Shown here: positions 10,636 through 20,000 of the stretch, piece after piece | Layout: each line of letters opens with the position of its first letter | Numbering within the stretch: position 1 is the stretch's first letter | NCBI GenBank assembly: GCA_030704615.1 | Contig: JAKLZA010000108.1 | Span: 1-20,000 of the forward strand | Origin: Takakia lepidozioides | Lineage: Eukaryota > Plantae > Bryophyta | DNA: 20,000 nucleotides | Direction of reading: 5' to 3' | Notes under the pieces: generated by a model | Database searches by the model: none | What the model was told of the DNA's origin: nothing | The model's input: only the letters and a program-made list of their open reading frames with translations | Made by a program: the position numbers and the translations under genes

Positions 10636-11594
10636 GCTCAGCCATAGCCAAGCTGACAATCCAGGTCAAGCAATTGAGATCCATTGCTTGCCCCAACACC
10701 TGACGACGTGATGCCTCAGAAAGAGAAGGCACCGCCGTGGTCCCAGTGGAAAACCCCATAGCCCGCTCTCGCTCGTCGGCATTAGGCTCCACTAACTGCT
10801 GCAACTGAGCATCCCACAGGAGGCCAGGTCCACCATCCCGAAAAGCATGGGATCCTGGGAAGCTGAGCAGTGTAGGTAATGCTGCTCGTGGTTGACCCAC
10901 CCTGTTGACCACTGCCAAAGGGAACGGTCATCGTGTCTCACACGTTGAGACTGCCTTCCTGTGTCCAAAATGCCATCCACGGTGAGGTGTGCTGGCCGCT
11001 GCACCCCATCAAATGCACGCTTGAGCAGTGCGGGTGGCATCAAGTTAGTCCACCATAGTCGTGGACGATGAGCCCGTGACCCCACTGCAGCTGCATCCAG
11101 CAATACTGCTGACCCAAGCCACGACCGGACTTGATGCACACTGGCCATCACCCTGGCCCGAGAATCACCCATCAGTGGCACATTCTCCAAGATGTATGCC
11201 GGAGATACAGCCTGATGAAGCTGCAAGTGGCGCAAAATCCGCACCATCTCCCAAAACAGACCCGTCCTCGAGTCTCGCAATCCATTGCCATGCCCGGCTG
11301 ATGAATGCCCTTGGCAGGGCCAACCTGCCACTACCAGATCAATGGAGCCAACCCGCTCCAAATCCTGCGCCCCCAGCAACGAAATGTCTGCTGGCAAGGC
11401 TGCTGATATCCACGAACTGCAGACACCTGCAACAACTCAGGGTGCTGCTGCACCATCTGAGCCACATGGCGCAGTGAGACGCGTCGTGCAGTCTCATCCC
11501 TCTCCACATACAGGTAACGCCTTACCCGCACACCTGCCTGTAGCACAGCAGCCAATCCGGTGCTGATCCCGCCAAACAAGTCCAGAAGGCAAAT
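10636..11594 (-). CDS. C5 cytosine DNA methyltransferase domain (DNMT3/DRM-like) within the polyprotein
   Basis: Motif I LDLFGGIS, II YVERD, IV IDLVVAGWPCQGHS (PCQ at 11319-11311), VI ILENV, VIII RAHRPRLWWTNL, IX ERERAMGFSTGTT, X RRQVLGQAMD. 1-nt frameshifts at ~11395 and ~10920. Confidence 0.95.
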
Positions 11595-11989
11595 GCCTTC
11601 ATCCGGCCGCTGCCACACAAGAGGTGTGGTGTCCAATGGCGACAACTGAGGTGGCCCTGGTGCAATCACCGCACTCTCCTCCTCTCCTGACGGTACAAAA
11701 GCTTCTACCCAAGCTTGTTGCACCCGTCCATCAGCAGCTTGCTGCAAATCCTTGCTCGTACCCCACAACGGAGTGTGAGCAACCATGGCAGGCAACTCCG
11801 CCGTACCATGCATGTCATCCTGCTCTGCTGGAGGTGGCACATCCTCTGCATGGGCATTGCCTTCCAGCAACTCTCCAGGCCAACTAACTGCAGCTGTGAA
11901 GGCGGCTAGTGTTGGCATCTTGCCCCGCTGGGCAGCTGCAATACCCCCAATGAATGTCACAGGGAGCTGTGCACGGCGACCATCCCCTG

Positions 11990-12330
11990 ACTGCCATCCA
12001 GGCCTGTAGGATGCTGACTCCTCCCAGAAATCCAGGGTGAAGCCCATGGGGTATAACACTGCCCCACCAACGAGGACATCGTAAGAGACCGCGTCTGTCA
12101 CAATGGCCTTGGCTCGCATCACTGAGCCATCTACAGGATGATCCGGCTGCAGTCTAATAGCCAACTGATGCCGTGTCATGCCGCGAGCCTGCTCTGATCC
12201 TCCCAGAGATGTCTGTATCTGGAAAGGACAAGGCTCCATATCCGCCTCCATGAGGCCCAAACCTGCAATAGCAGCTCTGCCCAACATCAGTGGCTGAGCT
12301 CCTGAGTCCAACAAGACCCGCAGTGGCCGG
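11990..12330 (-). CDS. Retroviral-type aspartic protease domain
   Basis: VLLDSGAQPLML (DSG at 12308-12300)...YDVLVGGAVL, in the same ORF (11331-13022) as DNMT motif I. Confidence 0.88.
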
Positions 12331-12999
12331 TACTTCTTGCCTGCCGGTCCACTCAAAGTGAAAATGCCTCCCTGGTTGTCTAACAAGACAACTCCAGGTG
12401 TCACCATGGCGCGCTCAATGGCTGGCCTAGCTGGCAGCTCCGTCAATCTGGCAGCTGCAGCTTGCCAGGGCGCTGCCGTGGCAGTCTTGACCCTCAAATC
12501 CGAGGATCCCTCTGCCACTACACCTTCCACTAACTCCGCAGAAGATGAAGTGACCTCTCCACTCTCGCAGAGTGTTGCTGCTAGTCTGAACACTGCAGCT
12601 GGTCTCACTCCCGGCGTCGCAATCATGGTTGCCGAGAACAATGGGGCTTGACACACAGAGGTGGCTGCCCCCAATAACACACCGGCTGCACTAGCCTTGG
12701 CAGCAGGTGTCAGTGCTGCACGTGTAGCTCTCCCCAATGGCATAGTAACCTCCGCCTCGGTAACAGTCGGGCGAGAACTAGGTGCCATGGATGGCGTTGA
12801 CACTGTCTCCGCCAAGGTGAATGACTGAGGCAGCCTTGCCTGACGGCTTGCCTCCCCACGTTGTGGATCCAACTCCACCTCTGCACCTCGTGGCTCAGGA
12901 ACTCGTGCTGCTCCTCGAGTCACGGCTGCAGCAGACTCCACCTGCTCTAGTGGTAGTGCTGCTCCGCACATAAATCCCATGCCTCCCATATCTCCTCCC

Positions 13000-14556
13000 T
13001 CAGGAGCAGGAGGTGGGACCATCCCGCCTGGGAGCCGGTACCGCCTGAGCTATAGCCATGGCAGCGAGCCTCTGCTCTAGCTGCTGAAGCCGATTGGCCA
13101 TGCCTTGGTCAACACCCTGACCTCCGCGTCCTTGGCCATGTGGAGCTTGCCCTTGGCCTGCACCTCGTGCCCGACCACCTCGTCCTCTTTGGGCTGGTCC
13201 ACCTCGCCCCCGGCCACCATTGTTCCCTTGGAACTGGCCTGGGCGCAACTCAGGATGCAAGTCATAACACTGGGCATCTCCATGCCCATACTTGCCACAA
13301 TGCCCACACTGCAACTGTGCAGGCTGTGCTTGTGCCGGCCTTCTGCCACTCTCTGGGCAATCTCTCTTGACATGGGGTCCTCCACATGTCCAACATATCA
13401 CCCCTGGTTGCTGTTGGCCTGCAAAAGATGCCACGGGCCTCTGCACCTGAGGTCCCCTGTAAGCTCCATGGAACTTGGGCTGGGCAACCTTGCCCCCCTG
13501 ACCACGCTGTTGGGCAGTCCCTTGTGCTTGTGGGCTGACAGCTGTGCCCCGTACAGGCATGTCCTTGCCAAATCCAATTGTAACAACTCGCTCCTCCACC
13601 ATGTTGAGCTCAATCCGCTCAGCCAGCAGAAACACATCTGCTAATGTGGGTTGGGCTGCTTGTAACAGGGTTGCATCTCGCACCCTTCTCTTGAGCTCCT
13701 TGTCCAGAATTCCATACCAAAACTGGATTGCCTGAGCTTCAGTAACCCCTTGGGTCACACTTATCAAGCGCCTCATACGAGTGTACGCCTCTCGCAGGCT
13801 CTCACTGGGTTTGCGCTGGAAGTCTTGCAAACTTCGCAGCTTCTCTGTCCGTACACCTTGGTAGTTCCTCCGCAACTCCTGGAAGAACTCCACCACCGGG
13901 TTGAATCTAGGCACATGTGTTGTAGCTGTGGCAGGAGGAGTAGTAGCACCTTCTGAACTGGTACCACCTGCAGAAGTACCAGCACTACCTGCTCCACTAC
14001 TAGTGCTGGCAGTGGGAGCTATTGGTACTGATGCAGCTACTGGTCGCGTCATGCCTCGAGTAATGGAGATGTAGTCAGGTGACCAATACATCCTCCACTC
14101 CTCAATCTCTGCTTCATGTCCTCGCCTGAACTCGTGGTAATCGTCCATAGGCGGGCCTTCCAAATGCTGGAACAGTCCCTTCCACGCCATGAATGGGGTG
14201 AATAGATGTGGATTGCGCATCTGCTGCAAATCACACCAGCTGTCGAACTCCTGGATAAAGTCATCCAACTCGATTGTGCCCACAGCTCCAGAGTACCTAC
14301 GAGGCCCCTTGGTAGCTCCATACATCTCCTCCATGTCGTCCCACAACAATGGCGAATGAAAGTGCACACCTGTTGATGAAGCCTCCGAGCCTGTGTCTGA
14401 CTCTACAGTAATTGAGGGTGGCGGTGAAGGTGGTCTGAACCGAATACCTCGTCTTGTGAACCCACTCTCACTGTTACTGCCTGTAGCCGTACTCCCCTCA
14501 AAACCCTTGGGTAACTCCGTAATGACACTCACAATGTGCACCTCCTCCAGTGACAC
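13000..14556 (-). CDS. gag: gag of the DNMT-bearing element
   Basis: QRKPSESLREAYTR (major-homology-like), FWYGIL, knuckles CWTCGGPHVKRDC and CGHCGKYGHGDAQC, and an RGG-rich tail. The true start may be the internal ATG (MEEMYG). Confidence 0.9.
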   Translation of the reverse strand: MSLEEVHIVSVITELPKGFEGSTATGSNSESGFTRRGIRFRPPSPPPSITVESDTGSEASSTGVHFHSPLLWDDMEEMYGATKGPRRYSGAVGTIELDDFIQEFDSWCDLQQMRNPHLFTPFMAWKGLFQHLEGPPMDDYHEFRRGHEAEIEEWRMYWSPDYISITRGMTRPVAASVPIAPTASTSSGAGSAGTSAGGTSSEGATTPPATATTHVPRFNPVVEFFQELRRNYQGVRTEKLRSLQDFQRKPSESLREAYTRMRRLISVTQGVTEAQAIQFWYGILDKELKRRVRDATLLQAAQPTLADVFLLAERIELNMVEERVVTIGFGKDMPVRGTAVSPQAQGTAQQRGQGGKVAQPKFHGAYRGPQVQRPVASFAGQQQPGVICWTCGGPHVKRDCPESGRRPAQAQPAQLQCGHCGKYGHGDAQCYDLHPELRPGQFQGNNGGRGRGGPAQRGRGGRARGAGQGQAPHGQGRGGQGVDQGMANRLQQLEQRLAAMAIAQAVPAPRRDGPTSCS

Positions 14557-15067
14557 TATAAGGCTCTAGTACTAATCTAATAGTGACACGGGTGGGCACC
14601 TGTTGCAGTCTAAGGGTCATATCCCAGTGGCTCAGGGCACCTGCACCTGCATCCACCGCAAGAACTCCTATGGTTGGCTGGTCATCAACCCAGCCTCACC
14701 ATAGAAGAAACACTGGTGGTCTTGCTGGTCATCACTCCAGCCTCACCACCGACAGCATACTCTAGGATTGACCGGTGATCAAATCCGGCCTAATCCCTAT
14801 GAAAGCAAGCGCCCACACAAAACCAACATGGCGCACAGTCAAGCATGCAGGTGTTGGGGGGATCCAAACACAAGAAATCAAAACATCAACACCCCCACAC
14901 CAAAATCCAGCTGCAATGCTGATCCTGCAGAATATCCCAGCCCAAAACCCCGGACTGACTGGCCTCCACCAAGAGAGGCTTTGGCAACTACAAGTACAAG
15001 GTAATGAAAATAGTACAGAGATGGAGGGGAAGAATAGAAGCCCGCCCAAGCAAGATCTAACCCTGAT

Positions 15068-15904
15068 CTATGCTATCAACTTCCAGACTTCTCTCAAAGT
15101 ACCTCGCTCTGCTTGATGGTAAGGTGTAGGAGGTATATCTATGTCCAGAAACCTGCCACTAACCTTGTCCCAAGCTACAGTAGCTCGCTCTAACCAACCC
15201 TCCTCCTCTTTCTGCCAGGTAGAGACAAAGCAACACTCTGCTATCTCCCGCTCACTGAACACTAAAGAAAACAAAGGTAGGGTCTGATAGTCTCTCAACT
15301 CGAAAGCTTTGAGACGGTTGCGGGTGTCTTCATTGCGAATGACTGCATCGCCTTCAAACAGAACAAACTTGTCCTCGCTAATGAACCCCCGCTCGTGGTT
15401 GCCTTGTGCAGAGCGTGTCCGACTGCAACACTGTCTAATTGCACAAACTTGTGCAGCTCCTGCTCCTCTGCTCCAGTACACCACGGCCTTGTGGCTGAAC
15501 ACCTTGGTCCCCGGTGCTGTCTTTGGCTGTGTTCCAAGCCTAGCTTTCACCCACTTTGGTATTTCACCTACAGCTGCAGAACTGCTGGCTCCAACAGAGT
15601 TCTGACTGTCCAAGGCGATATTGAGGCCCTCAATGCCAACTACAGCAGTCTGTTGTCTACTGCTAATGCCTGACTCCCAGTATGCAATCAACTCGTCCAA
15701 CTGTTCTCCACTCAAATCAGTCTGAGTTCCTTGGGAAACATAGATCCTGTCCCCTTGTGTGCACAGGCTAAGAGAAGAGACCTGCCCTTCAATTACATCC
15801 TCATTTCCCCCAGCCATACAGGGAGTACATCCACAGGTTTGTCTCTCATATAGGCCAGCACAGGTTCTAGAAACAGGATTGTGGATATTTCGTGGCACAC
15901 TCAC
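15068..15904 (-). CDS. Extra ORF upstream of gag, unknown function
   Basis: Uninterrupted 278-codon ORF, co-oriented with gag, between the PBS and gag. Globular-looking C-terminal half; no recognisable motif. Confidence 0.55.
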   Translation of the reverse strand: MSVPRNIHNPVSRTCAGLYERQTCGCTPCMAGGNEDVIEGQVSSLSLCTQGDRIYVSQGTQTDLSGEQLDELIAYWESGISSRQQTAVVGIEGLNIALDSQNSVGASSSAAVGEIPKWVKARLGTQPKTAPGTKVFSHKAVVYWSRGAGAAQVCAIRQCCSRTRSAQGNHERGFISEDKFVLFEGDAVIRNEDTRNRLKAFELRDYQTLPLFSLVFSEREIAECCFVSTWQKEEEGWLERATVAWDKVSGRFLDIDIPPTPYHQAERGTLREVWKLIA

Positions 15905-16427
15905 ACTCTAAAAATTCCATAGATTTTTAGCAGAGTCCCCAAAACAGAAACCAGGTTTAGATAGGTAGATTTCCCCTTTCTGTAGGTCCCTGTGCAAATT
16001 TGAGGTCAAACAGCCTTTGTATGACCAAGTTATGGCAAAAACAGGCTCTGTATAATTTAAATTGGATCAAAGCAAAGCTCCAAATGTATTTCAATAAATA
16101 CAAGTATTTTTGGCGTACCCTACATGTTTCATGCGAATACCCGTAATTCCGAGGACGGATCTCTACATATGCAGGAGCTTTAAAACTGGGAGTCGGGGAT
16201 TTGCTACTGGTCGGTGTAGGAAAGAAAACTTCGCAGTCTGGTGCCAAGCGTCACGAATACCACTCCAAGCAGCGATGGCCTAATGCCCAAGATCCTGTCT
16301 TAACTGCGTGATTTGTTCAATCAATGGAGCCCCTTCAAGCAACTGCTTCGGTCGTTTGTACTGATCATGTCTTCTTAGCTAGCCCCCCACCCTGCCCCCT
16401 CCCTCTCACATTGTGTCAGATGAACAC

Positions 16428-16674
16428 CTTAGCACGGAAGAGGCCATCGAGCAGAATTGACATCACGGTGGACATAGTGGGCCTTGGTGTAATCGTGGAT
16501 GTACTCCAGCCCCCTCGCTACATCCAAGGCTATCTGCACTCTGCCTGACCACGGTAATGGCCGATGCCCATTTGCAGCAGCGTTATGAAGACGATCGGTG
16601 AGAGCTCCCTTCTCAACCAACTCGTAAACCAGGAACAGACTAGTCTCACCTGCCGAATATCCGATCAACTCCGC
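16428..16674 (-). pseudogene. Isolated exon of a LysM receptor-like kinase (CERK1/LYK-like), kinase subdomains IV-VII
   Basis: [24 protein letters not shown]...[33 protein letters not shown], then after a short deletion [10 protein letters not shown]. Bounded by AG (16676-16675) and GT (16427-16426). Confidence 0.85.
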
Positions 16675-17833
16675 CTTCGGTGGAACAACCCAACTCACAA
16701 AGAATTCAGACCAGTTCCCAACGTATCTGGAGCGACCCTGGAAATTGTATTCTCGCACGGTACATTTGGGAGTAATTGTTAACCCAACTGGCTGGCTTCC
16801 TTGGTTGGGTACCTTTGCATTCAAGACCCTTTTTTATGCAGAGTATCAAAGCAGGCGGTCTCATGGGGTCTCATACAGGTCCACGCAAATCACCAGTCCA
16901 AAGGTGGCCGACCACTTTTCAGGCTTCAAACACCTGGCTACCAGGTACATGAATCAATGGGTTTTATACTTCGCTCTGATTTCTTCAATAGCTGATGTCG
17001 TAGCTTCCTTTGTCTGGAATGTCGCTTAGACAATCGTCTTCTGCATCCCTCATGTTGATGCAAAAGATCCGCAAGCTGGAGAATTTTTTTAAGACAAATA
17101 AAATAAAATAAAACCCAATGTGACCAGCAGCAGCCGACAGAGGCTGATAGGTGGCAGACCTCCTACTAGCTCTCCAGCAGCCCGCAGTAGTTTGAACCTT
17201 CCACCCTGAGCCTAGCAGGCATGAAGAAGGGCGGGAATCTTCCAGCTTCCCCGAATGATACACCCGATGCAGTGAAAATCAGAATAATACAAAGCTCTAC
17301 CCTGTTTCCACAAGAAAATCGCAGTGATAGAGACGTCCCAGTGAAATGATATTGCTCAAGAGTTGACGCATTACATCACCAATAAGTACAATCGACATCT
17401 GCACGCATTGGCTGATGACGTGCAATCCAACACGATGCCCAGGTAGCAGTTCCGCACACTGTCACCGCCTGCTCTACATTCTCGTGGCCTCACTAGCCCC
17501 AATACATGCTTCTACTTGTGCTCGACTCGGTGATTTCAGATGCCACTAGTACTTGGACCGGCCCCCATGGTGAAGATTGAACCTGCTCGACCTTCAGTGT
17601 CCGGCAATGCACCGGTTAACCTATATTACGGGAAGCAATACCTTCTTTCAACAATATGGGCTTCTCAGTTCAGCCCCTTCCAACAACCTTGTACAAAGCA
17701 AAGCATTCTGTTCTCGACAGATATATATATAGATTACATAATTCTCCACTTCACCAGCTCTCAAACAAGCTTTGAAACAAAAACAAGTATACTAGTGCTA
17801 ACTAAAAACTCACATCTAGCACTGACAATGCAA

Positions 17834-17849
17834 GCTCATCTCTCTCGAG
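17834..17849 (-). promoter_or_regulatory. Putative self-priming primer-binding site
   Basis: Directly follows the LTR-terminal CA. It has no TGG. 17834-17850 is the exact reverse complement of LTR positions 6701-6717. Confidence 0.65.
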
Positions 17850-17926
17850 TGATAAACAAAGCTAAAAAGGACATACACTTCCAACACAAGAAATATGAAA
17901 TCCATCGCTATCACTCATTGAAAACT
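17850..17926 (-). repeat. 5' LTR remnant (last 77 bp only)
   Basis: Matches 6513-6588 except for one extra A in an A-run. Confidence 0.88.
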
Positions 17927-18018
17927 ATTTCGACCCACCGCGAATGCACAACATGCGAAACACTAGCCAAATACCATTTTTCAATACTGGCCCCTCGCCG
18001 CTGCCCAAAAATTCGCAT
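17927..18018 (-). pseudogene. 5' part of the exon interrupted by the retroelement
   Basis: MRIFGQRRGASIEKWYLASVSHVVHSRWVEI joins in frame to SPAAESRRDYVTRYF at 6424. Confidence 0.7.
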
Positions 18019-18070
18019 TTTTCAAGACGGACCCTATTACCTAAGATATTTGCACATGTCGCTGGGAATG

Positions 18071-18280
18071 GCATGAGCGGAACGAAATATCATGAGCACA
18101 ACTGTCAAAACTGCAATTTTCCCTTCGGGGCCGAATAATATATTTGTTTTTCCTGACACATTGCATTAAATTATTGTTTTTTATTGTTTTTTATTCTCGA
18201 AATTTGTACTTCTGCTCATGAAAACCGATTGTCTTACTACTCCGCTCATGCCGCTCATGCTCATGAAATAGCAAACCTCG
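18071..18280. repeat. Right TIR-like end / MITE-like segment with CATGAGC(GG) repeats
   Basis: ccgctcatgccgctcatgctcatgaaatagcaaacctcg (18242-18280) is an imperfect inverse of 2688-2746. Forward catgagc copies occur at 18072 and 18081, and the core is AT-rich. Confidence 0.55.
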
Positions 18281-18880
18281 AGTAAGGTTCATGGGTATGA
18301 TTGTAAGCCAACCGGTGGTATCATTGCAAACTTGATGACAAGGGGCATTGTCTATGAAAAAAGGACTGGACAAAAACTCAATTGGGCAGCATACACGGCA
18401 TGGACAACTAAGCAACAAGAAAGAATGAAGGAGCATCGAGAAACAAAGGACCCTGGCAGCACAGACAGTAAGCCAAAGCTAGGAGTTTGTGAATTGAAAG
18501 ACAGGCTACGCAAAACCCCAGGTAGAGGCAAAGAAGGACTGATACAAACGCCTGAGCAAGTGATTGCAGAGATAGAAAGGAAAAAACATGAGCAAGAGTA
18601 TGTGGCAACTGCTCTAGCGAGTCTTCAGGAACTACATGATTTGAAGTATGAGGAGATGTGTGGGGCAAAGGAAGAGTTGGAGAGGTTAAAGAAAGGGAAG
18701 TTGGACTTGATGGAGAAGACGCGGACTGTTCGGGTGCAAATGGAAGACAGACAATGGTGTCTTGCAGAGTGTCGGAACAAGATTGCAGACCTAGAGGCCA
18801 AACTCACCCACAAGGGTGCCACAATCCGAGCCGAGGAAGAGACCTTAATGCAAAAGGGGAAGAGAGTGTTGGGTTACTGA
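18281..18880 (+). CDS. 5'-truncated coiled-coil protein, probably TE-associated
   Basis: The frame is open from the TIR boundary (SKVHGYDCKPTGG...KLNWAAYTAW), followed by an E/K/L heptad-rich tract. No family recognised. Confidence 0.4.
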   Translation, partial: SKVHGYDCKPTGGIIANLMTRGIVYEKRTGQKLNWAAYTAWTTKQQERMKEHRETKDPGSTDSKPKLGVCELKDRLRKTPGRGKEGLIQTPEQVIAEIERKKHEQEYVATALASLQELHDLKYEEMCGAKEELERLKKGKLDLMEKTRTVRVQMEDRQWCLAECRNKIADLEAKLTHKGATIRAEEETLMQKGKRVLGY

Positions 18881-19674
18881 ATTGTGGAAAGGGAAGACAG
18901 TCTGAGATGCAAAGGGAACTTGACCAGAAGAAATCAATTGAAGCAGAATTTTGGCTCAATGCTGATAAGACCGAAAAGAGTTCAATGCTTTGTGTGATGC
19001 AGGGGACCAGGAAGACAGGGACATTAGAGTGGCAGAGATGTGGTCGATGTTGCTGACACAGAGAGGAGTCTTATCCAAGATCAGATTGAGGCCTTGACAA
19101 ATGGGGACAAAGGACTCGTCATCTATCCTATGCCTATATGTCATCCTCAAGTGATCAAAGATAGTACGTCCATCAAGGATTTCTGAAGGTCTCTCCTTGC
19201 CCTGTTTGCCACAAAGGTTTCCACTGTTGGGACATGGTGGTGGCATCTTGTAAGCACACTTACATCCTGCTTGTATGGCATCCCATATGAAGACGTCAAA
19301 CAGGTGTAGGGACTTCAGCTGTTCAGAGATCATGCATCCTGATTGGTGTTCTAGTTTTGGGTTTAGGATTCTTGACCCAGAGGTGCAGGCACTTGCGGAA
19401 AAGCTGAGAGTGGTTGAGCTGCGCCAAAGGTGGATGTCAAAGCAACTTCACGAAGCCAGGGTTAGAAACACCCAAGTTCCAGGTAAGATTGATTGCAACA
19501 TTTCCATGTTTTCTTCTTCAGAAAACTTGTGTGGTCCAAGGCTGTACCTCTTCATGTCCAATCCTCAGGACTTTAGTCCCAAGATTGGACCTTCAACCCC
19601 TTCAACTGACTATGAGTCTGAATGTGGGACTGCAAATGTTATTATTTGTCCTTTTGGTGGAGTGAATCCTTACT

Positions 19675-19990
19675 GGGGAGTCCTTATTGAGGAGTGTCAT
19701 TCTTAACTAGAATTCTGAGTCTTCAGTCATGTGGAGTGTGAGTCCAAGTGCTGACTCATGTGGAGTATGAGTCGATGTGTTTAGTCATGGGGAGTGTGAG
19801 TCCACTTGCTGACTAATTATTGGGAGTATGAGTCCTTAATGATTTCCACTGATTTCCAGTTTGGAATCAGAGTCCTGTGGAGGGTCAGTCCATGTGCTTA
19901 ATCATGTGGAGTGTGAGTCCAACTGCAAAATAATGGATGTGGAATGCGAGTCCTTATTGAGGAGCTTGCTTCTCAACTTGGAATCTGAGT
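19675..19990. repeat. Degenerate short direct repeats (catgtggagtgtgagtcc-like, locally ~29-30 bp spacing)
   Basis: Copies near 19728, 19757, 19786, 19820, 19903 and 19937; gagtccttattgaggag occurs at 19678 and 19948. Confidence 0.7.
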
Positions 19991-20000
19991 TATGGACCAG

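Larger units (their letters stand above)
6427..17926 (-). mobile_element. Ty3/Gypsy LTR retrotransposon carrying a C5 DNA methyltransferase and a PHD finger
   Basis: gag-PR-(DNMT)-RT-RH-IN order, PPT next to the LTR, and LTR pieces at both ends. Removing 6428-17928 restores an open frame in the target exon (HSRWVEISPAAESRR). Confidence 0.92.

Noticed and set aside
10636-11594. Bacterial restriction-modification methylase or contamination
   Set aside because: It is contiguous with retroelement protease and RT, has DNMT3-like C-terminal motifs, and no endonuclease is present.
13000-13030. Programmed gag-pol frameshift
   Set aside because: No slippery heptamer is evident, and deleting one C from a CCC run fuses the frames. 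An indel is more likely, though a programmed shift is not excluded.
16250-16262. tggtattcgtg (minus strand) as a tRNA PBS
   Set aside because: It is not adjacent to any LTR sequence.
6427-17926. DIRS/PAT/Ngaro tyrosine-recombinase element with split direct repeats
   Set aside because: It encodes a DDE integrase, a protease and a PPT, with no tyrosine recombinase seen. The adjacent repeat pair is LTR-end to LTR-start rather than a copy of the joined element termini.
17540-18076. 178-aa plus-strand ORF, and the many antisense ORFs over gag/pol
   Set aside because: This ORF crosses the LTR/target junction and has no motifs. The others are shadows of GC-rich coding sequence.

Overview
Eukaryotic, TE-dense DNA from a land plant, probably a non-seed plant such as a bryophyte (inferred from a CERK1/LYK-like exon and short GT-AG introns). 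The centrepiece is an ~11.5-kb Ty3/Gypsy LTR retrotransposon on the minus strand (6427-17926). Its order is: extra ORF, gag, protease, DNMT3/DRM-like C5 cytosine methyltransferase, a UAG-CAA-CCA stop, RT, RNase H, integrase, PHD finger. It appears to have a Tf1-like self-priming PBS, carries a captured LysM-receptor-kinase exon in its leader, and has circularly permuted LTR ends with an LTR-LTR junction. It is inserted into an exon of a decayed, intron-containing gene with a beta-class N4C/N6A amino-methyltransferase-like domain; one intron of that gene holds nine copies of a ~95-bp palindromic repeat. This block is bracketed by imperfect TIR-like CATGAGC(GG) repeat ends that truncate a second retroelement's gag (left) and a coiled-coil ORF (right). 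All calls come from reading motifs by eye; no database searches were run.
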